Positions 61,932 through 64,000 of a stretch of DNA of 64,000 bases are shown one piece after another. How positions within the stretch are numbered: position 1 is the stretch's first letter; each line of letters opens with the position of its first letter. This DNA comes from Cyanobacteria bacterium P01_D01_bin.156. Lineage in GTDB: Bacteria > Cyanobacteriota > Cyanobacteriia > Phormidesmidales > Phormidesmidaceae. The translations under genes and the position numbers were made by a program. A model generated the notes under the pieces. The model was given only the letters and a program-made list of their open reading frames with translations, had not been told where the DNA came from and searched no databases. Location: NCBI GenBank assembly GCA_039024555.1, contig JBCCQQ010000005.1, positions 64,001-128,000 on the forward strand, read 5' to 3'.

Positions 61932-62495
61932 ATGAAACGCACTATCCTTTCTGCCTTAACTGTTCTCGTGGCCTCTGCTGCCGTTGCACCCGTTGCTTCC
62001 GCTATCGAGCCCGCTAGTTTCAATATTCAGTCCACTCGCCTCGAAGAACTCGATATCCGCAATAAGAATTCCGTCCATAAGCTACGTGTTGAGCATTTAA
62101 ACAACCAAGCCAAAGCCATTGAAGATATCCAAGCCGCTCGCCTAGAAGCATTGGATATTCGCACCAAGGCTGTTGAAAATATCCAAGCTGAGCGCTTAAA
62201 CGGTCTCGATGCTCGTGATAAAAACAGTGTTCACAAGCTACGCCGTGAGCACTTAAACAACCAGACCAAAGCTGTCGAAGATATCCAAGCCGCTCGGCTA
62301 GATGCATTGGACATTCGCACCAAAGCTATCGACAACATCCAGGCTGAGCGCTTAAACGGCCTCGATGCCCGTGATAAAAACAATGTTCACAAGCTACGCC
62401 ATGATCACCTAAACAACCAGACTAAAGCTGTTGAAAACATCCAGACTGAGCGATTGAGCGCTTTGGATGCTCGCACGAAGTCCGTAGTCCGCTAA
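61932..62495 (+). CDS. Secreted tandem-repeat protein, paralog 2
   Basis: Same signal peptide; 187 aa = paralog 1 minus one 18-aa unit. Confidence 0.9.
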   Translation: MKRTILSALTVLVASAAVAPVASAIEPASFNIQSTRLEELDIRNKNSVHKLRVEHLNNQAKAIEDIQAARLEALDIRTKAVENIQAERLNGLDARDKNSVHKLRREHLNNQTKAVEDIQAARLDALDIRTKAIDNIQAERLNGLDARDKNNVHKLRHDHLNNQTKAVENIQTERLSALDARTKSVVR

Positions 62496-62644
62496 CAGAT
62501 ACTGAGCTGTTGCGGCGCTCGGGTGCCCACTACAGACTCCGTAATCTGTGAAAGGCTTCATTACTTTAGGGCACCCTTTTCCCTCTCAGACTCTCCCTAC
62601 ACCCACTCTCCCTAAGCCTCTGCCGATATGGTGGGGGCTTTTTT
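62496..62644 (+). ncRNA. Conserved structured 3' element with terminator, copy 2
   Basis: GGGTGCCC 62521-62528 / GGGCACCC 62569-62576; near-identical to 59514-59666. Confidence 0.5.
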
Positions 62645-63251
62645 CGTAATAATGGTAAAGCCTCAAACCAACCAACGCACTAACCACACCTGCACCCCAT
62701 GCTGACCACCGCGTAGCAACACCTGCCCCTGAGGTACGGCGCGCACTGGTACAGACACCGCAAACCGCCCAGGCTCGCTAAACACACAACGAAAGTTGAA
62801 TGTTCTGGCTGTTGTTGCGTTTGAAATCTGCGCTCACTCTACTACCACATCTTACGGAATTACCGAAAGCAATTACGTTAAACCTTGCTCTGATACCCAA
62901 TCGGCAAGCTCCACAGTGATCGCTGACACAAACAAAGAAAAATTGATGTTTGTACAAGCAGACTATATGTTTATCTGAACAGATGATGGGTATGACCCCT
63001 CATTGAGTTACAGTAGCCTCATAGACGAAGCAACCTATTGCATAACGTCCTATTTCGAACGCTATATCTAAGTAAACAGAACACTGTATTGCTTGACCCT
63101 TTATATCTAGATCGAAGCCCTCACAAGCCATGGTGCCTGTGGGGGCTTCTTATATGGGATTAATGCTGGATAGTGCGCACTGACCAGTCAGCGCTGGCGC
63201 GATCGCACCCCTACCCGCTTCAACCGACTTAGCCCTAATGCAGCAAATATC

Positions 63252-63377
63252 AGGAATTTCCCTAGACGGAGCTGAATCCCTAAATAACTGAGCAATACGT
63301 CGCTCTCCTAACTCTTAAGCACTCTCTAAGTAGCACAGTGCATTTCCCCTGAACGCTTGCCGTCAGGGGATTTTTTT
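63252..63377 (+). ncRNA. Candidate small RNA / conserved upstream element, copy 3
   Basis: Near-identical to 61650-61775. Confidence 0.45.
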
Positions 63378-63382
63378 GGCTT

Positions 63383-63464
63383 TGTGACAGGCGTCACTAT
63401 GTTTCCTCAGCTAAATTCAGAAACCCCTTAAGCAATGTTCAGTTACCGGTCAGATAGCGTTCAG
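63383..63464 (+). promoter_or_regulatory. CRP box plus phased TCAG array, copy 3
   Basis: TGTGA-caggcg-TCACT 63383-63398 followed by the same array as copy 2. Confidence 0.65.
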
Positions 63465-63532
63465 CTGACCCCGGCATTCTTGTAATCAATGAAGCAAACA
63501 AACATTCGCTGATTCACCCAGGAGCTTTAATG

Positions 63533-63994
63533 ATGAAACGCACTATCCTTTCTGCCTTAACTGTTCTCGTGGCCTCTGCTGCGATCGCACCCGTTGCTTC
63601 CGCTATCGAGCCCGCTAGTTTCAATATTCAGTCCACTCGCCTCGAAGAACTCGATAGCCGCACTAAGAATTCCGTCCATAAGCTACGCGTTGAGCATTTA
63701 AACAACCAATCCAAAGCCATTGAAGATATCCAAGCAACTCGGCTAGAGGCATTGGATATTCGCACCAAGGCTGTTGAAAATATCCAAGCTGAGCGCTTAA
63801 ACGGTCTCGATGCTCGCACCAAAAACACTGTTCACAAGCTACGCCGTGAGCACTTAAACAACCAGACCAAAGCTGTCGAAGATATCCAAGCCGCTCGGCT
63901 AGATGCGTTGGACATTCGCACCAAAGCTATTGAAAATATCCAAGCTGAGCGCCTAAATGGCCTCGATGCCCGTACGAAGTCCGTAGTCCGCTAA
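63533..63994 (+). CDS. Secreted tandem-repeat protein, paralog 3 (2 x 52-aa repeats)
   Basis: AGGAG RBS; 153 aa = paralog 1 minus one 52-aa repeat; followed by 'cagata', the start of the same 3' element, at the window edge. Confidence 0.9.
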   Translation: MKRTILSALTVLVASAAIAPVASAIEPASFNIQSTRLEELDSRTKNSVHKLRVEHLNNQSKAIEDIQATRLEALDIRTKAVENIQAERLNGLDARTKNTVHKLRREHLNNQTKAVEDIQAARLDALDIRTKAIENIQAERLNGLDARTKSVVR

Positions 63995-64000
63995 CAGATA

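Noticed and set aside
62700..63060. attC-like fragments (e.g. GCATAAC near 63040) and a 60-aa ORF
   Set aside because: No matching L'/R' arm found; the ORF has no supporting evidence

Overview
Chromosomal segment of a cyanobacterium. About two dozen HIP1 GCGATCGC octamers, cikA, a TLP40-type cyclophilin and the carA-STAS-mrnC-rlmB-DUF1816 synteny support this; a filamentous Leptolyngbyaceae-like organism is my inference. Bases 1-28 kb are mostly core genes, including a STAS gene missed by the ORF track because it has no canonical start codon. Bases 28-48 kb are accessory: a guanidine-I riboswitch driving a Na+/solute symporter, a Zn/Mn ABC transporter, a TetR-haloalkane dehalogenase-flavodoxin unit with twin operators, coaR with its operator but no coaT, a cynABDS cyanate operon next to a PAS kinase / REC-AraC pair, and an integrase-less integron-type cassette with a clear attC and a decayed PIN toxin. 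Bases 48-58 kb hold mscS, rimK/rimB, an HD protein and an RND pump. The most unusual part is 58.6-64 kb: three paralogous modules, each a secreted protein built from 52-aa (16+18+18) repeats. Each has the same non-coding architecture: an upstream terminator-ended element, a CRP box and six helically phased TCAG half-sites. A structured 3' element follows copies 1 and 2 and is cut by the window edge in copy 3. All calls come from reading motifs by eye; no database searches were run.
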